This document shows positions 18,533 to 29,555 of a stretch of DNA of 62,651 nt, piece by piece (within the stretch, counting starts at the first letter, position 1; each line of letters begins with the position of its first letter). The stretch comes from a virus. Lineage: Duplodnaviria > Caudoviricetes. Both the position numbers and the translations under genes were made by a program. The notes below the pieces were generated by a model. It was not told the DNA's origin. It ran no database searches and saw only the letters and a list, made by a program, of their open reading frames with translations. The stretch lies in the IMG/VR virus record IMGVR_UViG_3300027816_002956, positions 1 through 62,651 of that record, one strand, 5' to 3'.

Positions 18533-21500
18533 ATGACAACTTTTTTTAATTACGACCCATATTTTGACGATTTTGATGAAGATAAGAACTACATGCGAGT
18601 TCTTTTTAGACCTGGATATTCTGTCCAGGCTAGAGAATTAACTCAATTACAAACCATACTTCAAAATCAAATTGAAAAATTTGGTAACCATATTTTCAAA
18701 AATGGAAGTCCAATAACTGGTGGTAAAATTTCTTTAGATGACAGAGCATTTTATTTAATTCTCAATAGTCAATATGAAAATGAAGATATTGATGTATCTT
18801 TATTTTTAGATAAAACTATTATAAGTTATAATTCTTCTAAAACAGTAAGAGCAAAAGTTATTGCTGTTGATGACACCACAACAAATCCTATTCTCATTTT
18901 AAAGTATTTAAGTGCCGATTTTTTCAATGAAGAAGATGAAATCAAAATATTTGGTCAAAATATTTTTGCTCAAGTAAAAGATACAAGTGCGGTAGGTCGT
19001 TCTTACGTTGCAAGTATACAAGACGGTGTTTACTATTTTAAAGGTAATTTTGTTAAAATAGTACCTCAGTTTTTAGTGCTTGAACTTTTTTATAAGGTAG
19101 GTTATAACGCAACAACAATTAATAAAAAACCAACTTATAAAGTAGGTATCGAATTCGAAGAAAATATTGTAGATGAGATTGACGATACCACATTATTAGA
19201 TCCAGCTCAAGGTGCTTCAAATTATCAAGCACCTGGCGCAACACGTTATGAAATTGCTACTCGATTATCAAAAAGAACTTTAGACTCAGCTGACGAATCT
19301 TCATTTTTTGAAGTTATTCGCCTTGTTGATGGAGTTAAAACAAAAGAAATTGATTATCCAGTTTATAGTGAGATTGAAAAAACTCTTGCTAGAAGAACAT
19401 TTGAAGAATCTGGTAATTATACTGTAGATCCATTTGTTCTTTCTTTAGAAGAAGAAGCTTATGATGCGAACAACACTTTAGATTCAAATTCATTTACGGC
19501 GGTATTAGATCCAGGTAAAGCATATGTCGGTGGTTACGAAGTTCAAACTATTGCTCCAACTAGAATTCAAATACCAAGAGCACGACAAACATCTAATGTT
19601 TCAGATTATGATTTACCAACAAACTATTCTAGTTTTGTCGTTTTAGCTAATACAACTGGAACATTAGATATTTCTTCTTTTCCTGAATTAGATATTCATT
19701 GTACTCCACATACAACAATTGATTTTAGTTCTACGAATGCTTATAATTCAACAAAAATTGGAACATTAAGAGCTAATATGATGAAGTATAATGATGCTTC
19801 TTCATCAGTTCTTGGAAGTACTCATACATTTACAGTAAATGTTTTTGATGTGTCGTCAAAACCAATTACAGGAACAGTTTTAACGGTAGGATCTACAAAT
19901 ACAGTTATTGAATTAGATGCTGCTACGTCAACAGGATCACAGGCAAATTGTTATGCAAATATGTACTTTAGAATTACTGATGGTGCTGGACAATTTTTAG
20001 CTCCAATTTTAATTAGAGAGTCTAATAGTATATCACAAACAGTTACATTGTCGCAAGCTTTACCTTTTATTCCTTCATCAAACACATATTCTATTGAATC
20101 AGATTTTAAAGTTGCTAGATCGATTTCGCAAAAATCAGGTTCTTCAAAAATCTTTGCAGCAGATGTTGGAAGTGATTCGAAAGATTCTACAACTGGTTTT
20201 TCTTTTATTACTGAACCAACAAAAACAAGTTTAGTATTTGATACACCATTTGAATCTATGAAATCAGGTAGTATTTCTAATTTTGATTTTTATGCTCGAA
20301 AATTATATTCTGATAATTTGTCAGACGGTACAGGTCAAATGACGATCTCAACAACAGGTACAGATACATTTGATTTTGCTGGTTCACCTGGTACATTGTC
20401 TGACAACCAAATATTAAACAACATTATTTGCTTTATCAGATACAATTCAACATCAAATTCTACTTCTGGAATAGCACCAAATACGGTCGTAAGTTTAGCT
20501 AATAACTTATTTACTGTTACAGCAATAAGTAATACTTCAATTACTGTTGATTTTGATACTGCCGGTGTTAGAGCAGATTTTATCATCACAACTAAAGTAA
20601 ACAATGCAGAAAACGGTACTACAGGTGCGATTCGTGGAAAACAACTGTTACCACTTTCAAACACTTCACATGAAAAAGTACCTTACAATTTAGATACGGC
20701 TGGAGACTCATTAGATTTTGCAAATACTGGTAGTGTAATAAACATTACAGATGGTTTAGTATTTGAAGATATAGGTGCAACATTTATTAATGGCGCCAAT
20801 ACAATCGCACAACTTAAAACTCCTGGCACAGTTGTAAGCTTACAAGTACCTGACATTTATGAAATCGTCAGAATTACTGATTCAAAATCCACAACAACGA
20901 ATGTAACAACTGCAATGTTGACAAATGATGACCATGATGTTACAAGTCACTACGAATTCGATAATGGTCAAAGAAAAACTCATTACGATCACGCAACAAT
21001 AAAATTAAAAAGAGGATATAGTTCACCAACAGGTTCTTCTTTATTGATTCAATACAAATATTTAAAACATCAAGCGGCACCATCACCACAAAATGAAGGT
21101 TTATTTACTGTTGATTCTTATTTAAAAACAGGATCTAATTTTACATATAATGAAATGTCTAAGTTTTTAAGTAATGAAGATGGTAAATTAATTTCTCTAC
21201 GTTCATGTTTAGATTTTAGACCTACTAGAACGATTGCTTCTAATACTTTTTTTGGTGCTGTAAATGTTGACCCAGATAGAACAGCAGAACTTTCTTTTGA
21301 ATATTACCTTAGTAGAATTGACCGACTTGTTGTTAAACCGTCAAAAGAATTTTCTGTTTTGTCAGGCAAATCTGCTGTATCACCAATTCCTCCACCTGTG
21401 GATACTAATGATATGTTGATTTATACGTTAGATATTCCTCCGTATACTGAAACAGTTAAAGAAATAAAAGCAGAATTTAAAAACAATAAAAGATTTACAA

Positions 21501-24500
21501 TGAATGATATTGGATCTTTTGAAAAGAGAATCAAAGGTCTAGAATATTATGTTGCATTAACTTCGTTAGAAAAAAATGCAGCTGACTCAAAAGTATTAGA
21601 TGCTGATGGATTAGAAAGATCTAAGTACGGCATTTTAGTTGATAACTTTACTAATCGTGATGTTCAATCAACATATGGTGATGTTGGATTTGATAACAGA
21701 AACCTTATTGAAGAAGGCGAACTGAAACCTGCATCTTTAATGAGAACTTTTAAAATGAAATGGTCATCTGCCAATTCATCAGGTTCTTATGCGGCTATTG
21801 GTGTAAATGACCAAAAGTCTTTGATGTTGAATTATACAACAAGTTCTTTTGCTTCGCAACCATATGCCACCAAATTTGTACCTGTCGCAAATGCTTTATT
21901 TGCTAATTTTAAAGGTACAATGAGATTATTTCCAGAATATACAGGTGATGTAGATACTGGACATACTGCCAGAGTAACATTAAACTCTACTCAAGGTTTA
22001 GATAATGCTTTTAATTTTATTAATGAAGCATTTAAATTTATTTCTGATCAAAATCCAACATGGGTAAATGATAAAGACAATCCTTTTGCTAAAGTAGTTG
22101 ATACTAAATGGTTTGAGACCGTAACAACAGTAGATAACAGTACAGTACAATTAGGTCGCAGAGAATTTGGTAATTTACAAACTACAACAGATAGAGTTTA
22201 TATCTCAAAAGGTGCTGAATTAAACATGAAACAAATCAGTAGTTCAACATCGCAAGTTGATGTTGGTACTTTTGTTACTGATTTAGCAATTCAGCCATAT
22301 TTAAAACCAAGAGATATTACTTTTACAGCATCTTCATTAAAACCTAATGCAAGATACTATGCATTTTTTGATGGTGTTAATATCGACCAATACGTTGTAG
22401 TACCATCAAAAATTAAAGTTCTTTCAGGTGTTAATTCAAATTCCGTATTCATTTCTGGTGAATTAGCTATTATTGCTAATAATGGTACAGAGTTAAACAG
22501 TTTTATAGCGTCTTATCAAAGTGGTGGTACATCATATAGAATGGTTGTTGTTACGAATAGTGAAAGAGGTTCATCAAATGTTAGTGTTGTAAACGAAACA
22601 GGATTAGCTTTAACAGGCAGTAAAGTTATTTGGGGTGTAGACAGCAAATCAGTATATGGTATTGATTCTGTATTAGAACATAAATCAGGATTAACTAGAG
22701 GTATAACTTCTAGTACAATAACTTTGGCACCAGATGCACCTTCTGTAAATATTGCTGGAAATACAATAACATTTGTTCATAGATCTGGAAGTTCTGATGG
22801 TTATGGAGCTGTTTATAATGTTATTGCTTATAACACTTCTACAAAAGTGGCAACAATTCAAGAAACAACATCTTCTGTTGAACAATCTTCTACTTGGGTT
22901 TACAGTATCGGTGTTAATAGAGCAAATAAGTTAGGACAAGTTTCGGGAGTATTTTATCCTCCTGCAGCTACATTTAGAAACGGTGAAAGAGTTTTACGTT
23001 TAACAGAATCATTTAATAACACTTATGATGAAGATGCAATTTCGTTTGCTGAAAAATCATATGTTTCTTCTGGCATAAAAGTAAATAAAACTAATCTTGT
23101 AAATACAGTTTATAATGTTGATGTTGGTGTTAAATTTGTCGGAAATGCATCTTCACCATTATTGCAATCTACAGCTGTTAGGCAAGAAATTACTTCAACG
23201 TGGCGTGTTGATCCAATGGCTCAAACATTCTTCATTGATCCTGAAGTTTATCCAAATGGTTTATTTGTTGAGAATGTTAAATTATTTTTTGCAAACAAAG
23301 ATGAGGACAATATTCCTGTAAGTGTTCAAATAAGACCTACGGTTAATGGATTACCATCTTCTGACTTTATTTACCCAGAGTCTATTGTTACAAAATATCC
23401 ATTTGAAGTAAATACAACTACAAGTCCAAATTTCAATTCATCTTCAAATTATACTAAATTTACTTTTGCATCTCCTGTTTTCTTAAAGGCAGGTTTATAT
23501 GCTCTTGTTGTTTTAACAGACAGTCCTTCTTACTCACTTTGGGTTGCTGAAAAAGGAGCCACCACGACAGGTAACCAATATGTGTCCGTAAATCCATATG
23601 TTGGTACATTGTATAAATCTCAAAATGCAATGGAATATGTACCTTACTTAAATGAAGATTTGATGTTTGATATGGATCGTTGCATATTCTCAAGTTCACC
23701 TGCAACATTTATTTTAGAAAATGAAAGACAGAGTGCAAAATATAATATTGATAAATTCAGATTAATAACTAGACAATTAGAAACTCAATCTGATACACCA
23801 TTTACAATTGATTATAAGTTTAAATCAAAAATGGCAGGTGGTGCAAAAGAAACTGCTTATAGAGATCTAATCCCATTCGTCACATATTCTATGGGTGATG
23901 ATGATTTATATACTGTAGGCAATAGAAGAAAAGATATAGAAAATCAAGGAGATTTTTCAGTATCTTTAACTATCTCAACAACAGACAATGCTGTTTCACC
24001 ACTCGTTTCACTTGAAAGCATTTTTCTAAATGCTTGGGAAAACTTTGTTGATAATGCTGAAATTACTGTAGATGATTTTAATATTATTACACCAGGAGGT
24101 GGTTATTCTAACAGTAATGTCGTGACAATTACTTCAAATACTGGAACAGGAGCTCTTGTTTACTTAGTAACAAACGGTGCTCAAGGTAATGTTATTGGAT
24201 TAAATGTTGCTTCTTCTGGTTCTGGTTATTATGATGATTTTTCTATATCTGTACCCGGAACAGGATTTGGCACAATTACTTCAAATGCTGAAATTGTTCT
24301 TAATTCTGAATACGACAGTAGTGGTGGCCCATGTTTAGCAAGGTATATTACTAAACCAATTACTTTGGCAGATGGATTTGATGCTGGTGATTTGCGAGTA
24401 TTTTTATCTGCAAATCGAAGAGGTGTTTCTGATATCCATGTATATTATAAAATACTTTCTGGATCTGATTCCACAACATTTAAAGACCGTCCATATCAAA

Positions 24501-24730
24501 AGATGGAATGTTTTAACCCATCTACAACCGCATCTCTAACAGAAGATGATTTTAGAGAGTTTGAATATAGGCCGTCATTAACTTCTGATTCGGTAACATA
24601 TACTTCAACAAATGGTGGTACATTTGATTCGTTTAAAACATTTGCTATTAAAATTGTTTTAACAACAAGTGATCCATCAATTGTTCCAAAAGTAAAAGAT
24701 TTTCGTGTAATTGCTTTACCATCAGGTTAA
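18533..24730 (+). CDS. Large virion structural protein (VrlC-like / DUF4815-type)
   Basis: PYFDDFDEDKNY.RVLFRPG.SVQARELTQLQ, APGA.RY, LARRTFEESGNY, DFRP, YYL.RID, DPMAQTF and FAIKIVL....P.VKDFRVIAL motifs; follows gp8 as in T4-like cyanophages. Confidence 0.88.
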   Translation: MTTFFNYDPYFDDFDEDKNYMRVLFRPGYSVQARELTQLQTILQNQIEKFGNHIFKNGSPITGGKISLDDRAFYLILNSQYENEDIDVSLFLDKTIISYNSSKTVRAKVIAVDDTTTNPILILKYLSADFFNEEDEIKIFGQNIFAQVKDTSAVGRSYVASIQDGVYYFKGNFVKIVPQFLVLELFYKVGYNATTINKKPTYKVGIEFEENIVDEIDDTTLLDPAQGASNYQAPGATRYEIATRLSKRTLDSADESSFFEVIRLVDGVKTKEIDYPVYSEIEKTLARRTFEESGNYTVDPFVLSLEEEAYDANNTLDSNSFTAVLDPGKAYVGGYEVQTIAPTRIQIPRARQTSNVSDYDLPTNYSSFVVLANTTGTLDISSFPELDIHCTPHTTIDFSSTNAYNSTKIGTLRANMMKYNDASSSVLGSTHTFTVNVFDVSSKPITGTVLTVGSTNTVIELDAATSTGSQANCYANMYFRITDGAGQFLAPILIRESNSISQTVTLSQALPFIPSSNTYSIESDFKVARSISQKSGSSKIFAADVGSDSKDSTTGFSFITEPTKTSLVFDTPFESMKSGSISNFDFYARKLYSDNLSDGTGQMTISTTGTDTFDFAGSPGTLSDNQILNNIICFIRYNSTSNSTSGIAPNTVVSLANNLFTVTAISNTSITVDFDTAGVRADFIITTKVNNAENGTTGAIRGKQLLPLSNTSHEKVPYNLDTAGDSLDFANTGSVINITDGLVFEDIGATFINGANTIAQLKTPGTVVSLQVPDIYEIVRITDSKSTTTNVTTAMLTNDDHDVTSHYEFDNGQRKTHYDHATIKLKRGYSSPTGSSLLIQYKYLKHQAAPSPQNEGLFTVDSYLKTGSNFTYNEMSKFLSNEDGKLISLRSCLDFRPTRTIASNTFFGAVNVDPDRTAELSFEYYLSRIDRLVVKPSKEFSVLSGKSAVSPIPPPVDTNDMLIYTLDIPPYTETVKEIKAEFKNNKRFTMNDIGSFEKRIKGLEYYVALTSLEKNAADSKVLDADGLERSKYGILVDNFTNRDVQSTYGDVGFDNRNLIEEGELKPASLMRTFKMKWSSANSSGSYAAIGVNDQKSLMLNYTTSSFASQPYATKFVPVANALFANFKGTMRLFPEYTGDVDTGHTARVTLNSTQGLDNAFNFINEAFKFISDQNPTWVNDKDNPFAKVVDTKWFETVTTVDNSTVQLGRREFGNLQTTTDRVYISKGAELNMKQISSSTSQVDVGTFVTDLAIQPYLKPRDITFTASSLKPNARYYAFFDGVNIDQYVVVPSKIKVLSGVNSNSVFISGELAIIANNGTELNSFIASYQSGGTSYRMVVVTNSERGSSNVSVVNETGLALTGSKVIWGVDSKSVYGIDSVLEHKSGLTRGITSSTITLAPDAPSVNIAGNTITFVHRSGSSDGYGAVYNVIAYNTSTKVATIQETTSSVEQSSTWVYSIGVNRANKLGQVSGVFYPPAATFRNGERVLRLTESFNNTYDEDAISFAEKSYVSSGIKVNKTNLVNTVYNVDVGVKFVGNASSPLLQSTAVRQEITSTWRVDPMAQTFFIDPEVYPNGLFVENVKLFFANKDEDNIPVSVQIRPTVNGLPSSDFIYPESIVTKYPFEVNTTTSPNFNSSSNYTKFTFASPVFLKAGLYALVVLTDSPSYSLWVAEKGATTTGNQYVSVNPYVGTLYKSQNAMEYVPYLNEDLMFDMDRCIFSSSPATFILENERQSAKYNIDKFRLITRQLETQSDTPFTIDYKFKSKMAGGAKETAYRDLIPFVTYSMGDDDLYTVGNRRKDIENQGDFSVSLTISTTDNAVSPLVSLESIFLNAWENFVDNAEITVDDFNIITPGGGYSNSNVVTITSNTGTGALVYLVTNGAQGNVIGLNVASSGSGYYDDFSISVPGTGFGTITSNAEIVLNSEYDSSGGPCLARYITKPITLADGFDAGDLRVFLSANRRGVSDIHVYYKILSGSDSTTFKDRPYQKMECFNPSTTASLTEDDFREFEYRPSLTSDSVTYTSTNGGTFDSFKTFAIKIVLTTSDPSIVPKVKDFRVIALPSG

Positions 24731-24731
24731 T

Positions 24732-24959
24732 ATGAAAATACCTGTAAAAGGAACAAACTTTGTTAAAGACACATCAAGTGGTGCTCTTTTAACGGTGAAT
24801 CGTGGAGTTTTGTTAGAAAATGAAGCCAGATTACGTTTGAAATCAAAATTAAATTCAAAAAATGATGAAATAAATAATTTAAAAATTCAAGTGGATTCTT
24901 TAAATAAAGATATTGGTGAAATAAAAAATATGTTACAACAGTTAATTAAGAGAGATTAA
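24732..24959 (+). CDS. Small coiled-coil protein following the VrlC-like gene
   Basis: ATG at 24732, 1 nt after the upstream stop (the ORF track starts it at 24711); VKG..FVKD..SGALL followed by a heptad tail. Confidence 0.75.
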   Translation: MKIPVKGTNFVKDTSSGALLTVNRGVLLENEARLRLKSKLNSKNDEINNLKIQVDSLNKDIGEIKNMLQQLIKRD

Positions 24960-24967
24960 AGTACCAA

Positions 24968-27900
24968 ATGACTATTCCTATCATAACAAGAACGAATACC
25001 ATTGATGAATGGCGAATTCAAACAAATTTGTCAGCTATAGAATTAAATAATTTAAAAGCTAACAATTATACAAAATCAAATGGTACTTTAGAATTAGCTA
25101 ACAACTCTGTACTTTTAATAAGTGCAAACGGTACCGCACTCCAAGTTTCAAATAGTGCTTTTATCGGTAGAAATTTAGCAGTAACAAATAACGTTTCTGT
25201 TGGTGCAGTTGGTTCTGGTGTTGGTAATGTCTCTATAGGTAACTCTGTTTTGATTGCTGGACCCGGAGAAGCAGTTAACGTTTCAAATAGTGTTTATGTT
25301 GGTGGCAATAGCAATGTTAGAGGCAACGTGTATGCGAACAATGCAGTTGTCAATAATTCTGTTTATGTTGGTGGTACTGCAAACATTGCTGGTATTGTTA
25401 CACTATCAGGAACAGGTAAAGTATTGGAAGCAAATACTGGAACTGTATATGTTAATAATGCATATCTAACTACTGCAACACTAGATCAAGCAAACGTTGA
25501 ATTGATCTATGCTCTTGAAGCTAAAATTGACAACCTTTCTGATATTGCTTCTGCTGTAATTGGTATTTTGCGTGTAACAACAGGTAATATTTATTATCTA
25601 ACATCGAACACTTTATATGCTAATACTGGAACGATCAGAGATTTTGTTGCAAACAGCACAGGTAATGTAGTAACACTTATATCAAATGTTGCAACAATTA
25701 ATACCGCAACTATTGGTAACTTAAACGCAACAAATGGTACGATTATCAATGGTAATGTAGTAACACTTATATCAAACAATGCTACTTTAAATACATCTAC
25801 TTTAGTTAATATAACAGTAACTAACGCTGCAATTGCAAATGCCGTTATTTCTTCGGCTGCAATTACGACTGGTCAAATTACAAATGGTACAATTACAAAT
25901 GGTACTATCATTAATGGTAATATAGTTACTTTAATTTCAAATAGTGCAACACTTAATAATTCTACATTGTTAAGTTCAAATGTTGTTTCTGCAAATATTA
26001 TAAATGCTAATGTTTCTGGTAATGTAAACTTTACCAATGGATCAACATTAAGATTTAATTCTGGATCAGCAAATGATGCTCTTGTTGTAGATTCAGGTAT
26101 AACTTCTTTACAGACTGTCGTTGTTGAAGGAAACTTAACTGTTGCAGGATCATTTACTCAAACAGGTAATATTAATTTTGAAACAGATAGATTCATTTTC
26201 AATGCAAATACACCTGATAATAAAGATGCTCTTATAATAAACCGTAGAGTTGCTGGAAATAATGCTCAAATTATTTGGAATGAAACAAATGATCGTTGGG
26301 AAGTTTCAACAGGTAATACTTGGACAACAACTTATAAGATTTTAGATGGCGCAGACATTTATACAGGTGTTGATTCTGATAGTACAACACTTGTAGCTTC
26401 TGCGAGTGCTGTTAAATTTGCATATCAAGCTGGTGGTGTTGTAGCCGGTGGCTATGCTAATGCAGCTTATAGACATGCCAATTCTGCATTTGTAAGTCAA
26501 AATACAACAGGTGTTTATGCCAATACTGGATATGCTCATGCAAATTCAGCACATGATGTGGCAAATTCTGCTTTTAGTGGAGTAAGTGGTACACATGCAA
26601 ATGCGGCCTACAGACATGCAAATTCATCTTATGCACATGCAAATACGGCTAATGTATCTGCTCAAGCTGCCTTTGATGCGGCTAACAATGCTTTTGCAGC
26701 TGGTGGTCAATTTGCTTATAGACATGCTAATTCAGCACACGATATTGCAAACTCAGCTTTTGCTGGAACAACAGGTACTCATGCCAACTCAGCATATTTT
26801 ACTGCAAATACCGCTTTAACAAATGCTGAAATTGCTGACCAAAAAGCTGTAGCAGCTAATACTAGAGCCGCTTTAGCTAACGTTCATGCAAATGCCGCAT
26901 ATAATTTTTCAAACACAATAAACAACTTTGCTTTTCATGCTTATACTCATGCTAATGCAGCGTTTGCTCGAGCAAATACAGGAATTACATCTACTGGAGG
27001 TACTATAACAGGTGATTTAACAGTTAATGGAACATTGAATGCTACTGGAGCTTCAATTTTTGCAAATGATATGAAAATTGCAGATGGAATTATAACACTT
27101 AATTCTGACATATTACAAACTGCATCACCAATTGAAAATGCTGGATTAGAAATAGATCGAGGCGCTTCACCTAATGTATTCTTTTTATGGGATGAAACTT
27201 CCGATAGGTGGAGATTTACAAATGATGGTACAAATTATCAAGACGTTGCAGGTCAAACAACAATTAATTCATCTTTAGCCGCATATGTACCTTTAGCAGG
27301 TGGAACCATGACTGGTTTCTTGACTCTGAGTGCAAGTCCATCAAGTGCGATGCATGCTGCTACAAAAGCTTATGTTGATGCTACAATAGGATCAGCAGAC
27401 CTAACAAATTTAAATGCTTCAAATTTAACAAGTGGTACTGTTCCAGTTGCTCGCTTGAGTGGATTATATAATATCAATGTTAATGGTAATGCTAACTATG
27501 CAACAACAGCTGGATCTGCCACAAGTGCAACGACCGCTAGCACCGCTTCCAGTTTAAATGGTGGTAATATTCAAAACTGTACTGGTTTCGCACAAAGTAG
27601 TGGAGCATTTTCAATGACCGGAAGTTCTTTCGGTGTAAATCCCTATGCACAATTTTATGGAGGCATAAGATCTTTTGCTGATATAAATGCATCTGGAGCA
27701 AATATAACAGCAAGTACTTTTTATGGTAATTTAAGTGGAACAGCAACACGAGCTCTTTATGGTGACTTGGCAGAAAAGTATCTAGCTGACGGCGAATACG
27801 ATGAAGGTACCGTAATGGCCATAGGCGGCGAAAAAGAAATAACAGCAGCAACAATTGCCAACTTTAGAGCTCTAGGTGTAGTATCATTGAGACCTGCACA

Positions 27901-28111
27901 CTTAATGAATGCTGATTTGGAAAACGGAACAATTGTTGCTTTAAAAGGTAGAGTTCCTGTAAAAGTTATAGGCAAAGTAATCAAAGGTCAACCTTTAGGA
28001 TTAAGTAACATAGCAGGAGTAGCAAGTGTTAATGAAATGAATTACTTTGCATTATCTCTGATAGATAAGAACGATGATGGTGAAGGTATAGTCGAAGCAG
28101 TTATTTTATAA
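24968..28111 (+). CDS. Tail fibre protein with C-terminal autocleaving chaperone-like domain
   Basis: NTIDEWR N-terminus, beta-rich and Ala/Asn repeats, HAATKAYVD, and C-terminal YGDLAEKY...GVVS..PAHLMN...VALKGRVPVKV (peptidase G2/IMC-like). Confidence 0.78.
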   Translation: MTIPIITRTNTIDEWRIQTNLSAIELNNLKANNYTKSNGTLELANNSVLLISANGTALQVSNSAFIGRNLAVTNNVSVGAVGSGVGNVSIGNSVLIAGPGEAVNVSNSVYVGGNSNVRGNVYANNAVVNNSVYVGGTANIAGIVTLSGTGKVLEANTGTVYVNNAYLTTATLDQANVELIYALEAKIDNLSDIASAVIGILRVTTGNIYYLTSNTLYANTGTIRDFVANSTGNVVTLISNVATINTATIGNLNATNGTIINGNVVTLISNNATLNTSTLVNITVTNAAIANAVISSAAITTGQITNGTITNGTIINGNIVTLISNSATLNNSTLLSSNVVSANIINANVSGNVNFTNGSTLRFNSGSANDALVVDSGITSLQTVVVEGNLTVAGSFTQTGNINFETDRFIFNANTPDNKDALIINRRVAGNNAQIIWNETNDRWEVSTGNTWTTTYKILDGADIYTGVDSDSTTLVASASAVKFAYQAGGVVAGGYANAAYRHANSAFVSQNTTGVYANTGYAHANSAHDVANSAFSGVSGTHANAAYRHANSSYAHANTANVSAQAAFDAANNAFAAGGQFAYRHANSAHDIANSAFAGTTGTHANSAYFTANTALTNAEIADQKAVAANTRAALANVHANAAYNFSNTINNFAFHAYTHANAAFARANTGITSTGGTITGDLTVNGTLNATGASIFANDMKIADGIITLNSDILQTASPIENAGLEIDRGASPNVFFLWDETSDRWRFTNDGTNYQDVAGQTTINSSLAAYVPLAGGTMTGFLTLSASPSSAMHAATKAYVDATIGSADLTNLNASNLTSGTVPVARLSGLYNINVNGNANYATTAGSATSATTASTASSLNGGNIQNCTGFAQSSGAFSMTGSSFGVNPYAQFYGGIRSFADINASGANITASTFYGNLSGTATRALYGDLAEKYLADGEYDEGTVMAIGGEKEITAATIANFRALGVVSLRPAHLMNADLENGTIVALKGRVPVKVIGKVIKGQPLGLSNIAGVASVNEMNYFALSLIDKNDDGEGIVEAVIL

Positions 28112-28130
28112 TCTAGGAAAAAAATAAATT

Positions 28131-29555
28131 ATGAATCAGCCTTTAAATTTTTATGCAAAAAAATCTATGAAAGGAAATCCTCATGTTTTTGATGATTACT
28201 TTCAATTGAGTGCTTTAACAATTACTGTAACGAGCGCATGTAATTTACATTGCGATTATTGTTTTGAAGAACATGAAAGTAGGTTAATAAAACCCGATGA
28301 AGTAGTTGACATTATTGATGTTGCATATAAGAATTTTAGAAAAAATAATCCTACTGGTTCAATGCCATTATCTTTTTTTGGTGGTGAACCTTTTATCGCA
28401 TGGAAAACTATTCAAAGATGTATTGAACACGCTAAAGAAAAAGGTTATGATCTTTCTGTTGGCATAACAACAAACTTAACTTTGTTGACTGATGAACAAA
28501 TGGAGTTCATTGATGAGAATGATATTGGTTTGTTAGTTTCAATAGACGGCACCAAAGAAGTTCATGATAGATTACGTGATAATTCTTATGATGTTGTTTC
28601 TAAAAATGTCAAAAAACTAATAGACAATGGCATGAAAAGGTTAATAGAAGCTCGGATGACAGTTCCGCCAGGTGAATTTCATAATCTTTTAGCTGGAGTT
28701 CAAAACATTTTTTCTTTAGGTGTTGATAACATTGCTCCTGTTCCTGTTACCGATCAAGTTTGGACTAAAGATCAAGTTAAATTATTAGAAAATGAACTTG
28801 ATAAATTGTATGAATGGACAATTTCAATATACGAAGATCCAAACAATAAAAGAAACATTAGTGTGAAAATGATTGATGATTATTTGTTTCAATGCATACA
28901 TGACGAATTTGATATGAAAGGTACACCTTGTAGTTTTGGAAGTAATAAATGGCTGAGTATAGGTCCTAGTGGTGAAATGTATCCATGTCACCAAATACAT
29001 ACACGAAAAGATCAACAAGAATTGTTTTACATGGGAAATATTTTAAAAGGTGAAATACTTCCACATAGAATTTTAGGTCAGGTTTTGCCACATTCATGGA
29101 AAAAAGCTGACGATCCAGAATATACATGCGACACATGTGAGGCATATAATATTTGTAGAGGTTCTTGCCCAAGTGAAAACTATGATTTAAATAAAGATTA
29201 TTTAAAAACTCCAGATGAATGGTGTGATTGGGTTAGAATGTCAAAACGAATCACGAAAAAATACCAGAATCAACTTTTAAATAGTAAAAATTTGAGAAAT
29301 AAAAGATTAAATTCTATAAAACTAAATTTAGAGATTATGGAAATGATTGATAGGGTGAGAGAATATAATGTATACTCCCGAGAATTTCCTCTTGTTGTTC
29401 TTGATTTATATGAAAAAGTTTTAAGTTGTGAACATAATTTGTTACCTGGTTTTTCTGACTTATCAAAAAATAAATTAGCAAAATTTAGAGAACAACTAAC
29501 ACAAATTAGAGATGAATTAATTAAAAAAGAATCAATGCAAAAGGAAACAGTTTAA
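28131..29555 (+). CDS. Radical SAM/SPASM enzyme 1 (putative peptide/protein maturase)
   Basis: CNLHCDYC, FFGGEP, TTN and VSIDG motifs; SPASM cysteines C(SFG)...YPCH...CDTCEAYNICRGSCP...C. Confidence 0.93.
   Translation: MNQPLNFYAKKSMKGNPHVFDDYFQLSALTITVTSACNLHCDYCFEEHESRLIKPDEVVDIIDVAYKNFRKNNPTGSMPLSFFGGEPFIAWKTIQRCIEHAKEKGYDLSVGITTNLTLLTDEQMEFIDENDIGLLVSIDGTKEVHDRLRDNSYDVVSKNVKKLIDNGMKRLIEARMTVPPGEFHNLLAGVQNIFSLGVDNIAPVPVTDQVWTKDQVKLLENELDKLYEWTISIYEDPNNKRNISVKMIDDYLFQCIHDEFDMKGTPCSFGSNKWLSIGPSGEMYPCHQIHTRKDQQELFYMGNILKGEILPHRILGQVLPHSWKKADDPEYTCDTCEAYNICRGSCPSENYDLNKDYLKTPDEWCDWVRMSKRITKKYQNQLLNSKNLRNKRLNSIKLNLEIMEMIDRVREYNVYSREFPLVVLDLYEKVLSCEHNLLPGFSDLSKNKLAKFREQLTQIRDELIKKESMQKETV

Noticed and set aside
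28084-28130. Sigma70 promoter for the rSAM island (TATAAT at 28107-28112)
   Set aside because: There is no credible -35 element, the hexamer overlaps the upstream stop codon, and such matches are frequent in AT-rich DNA.
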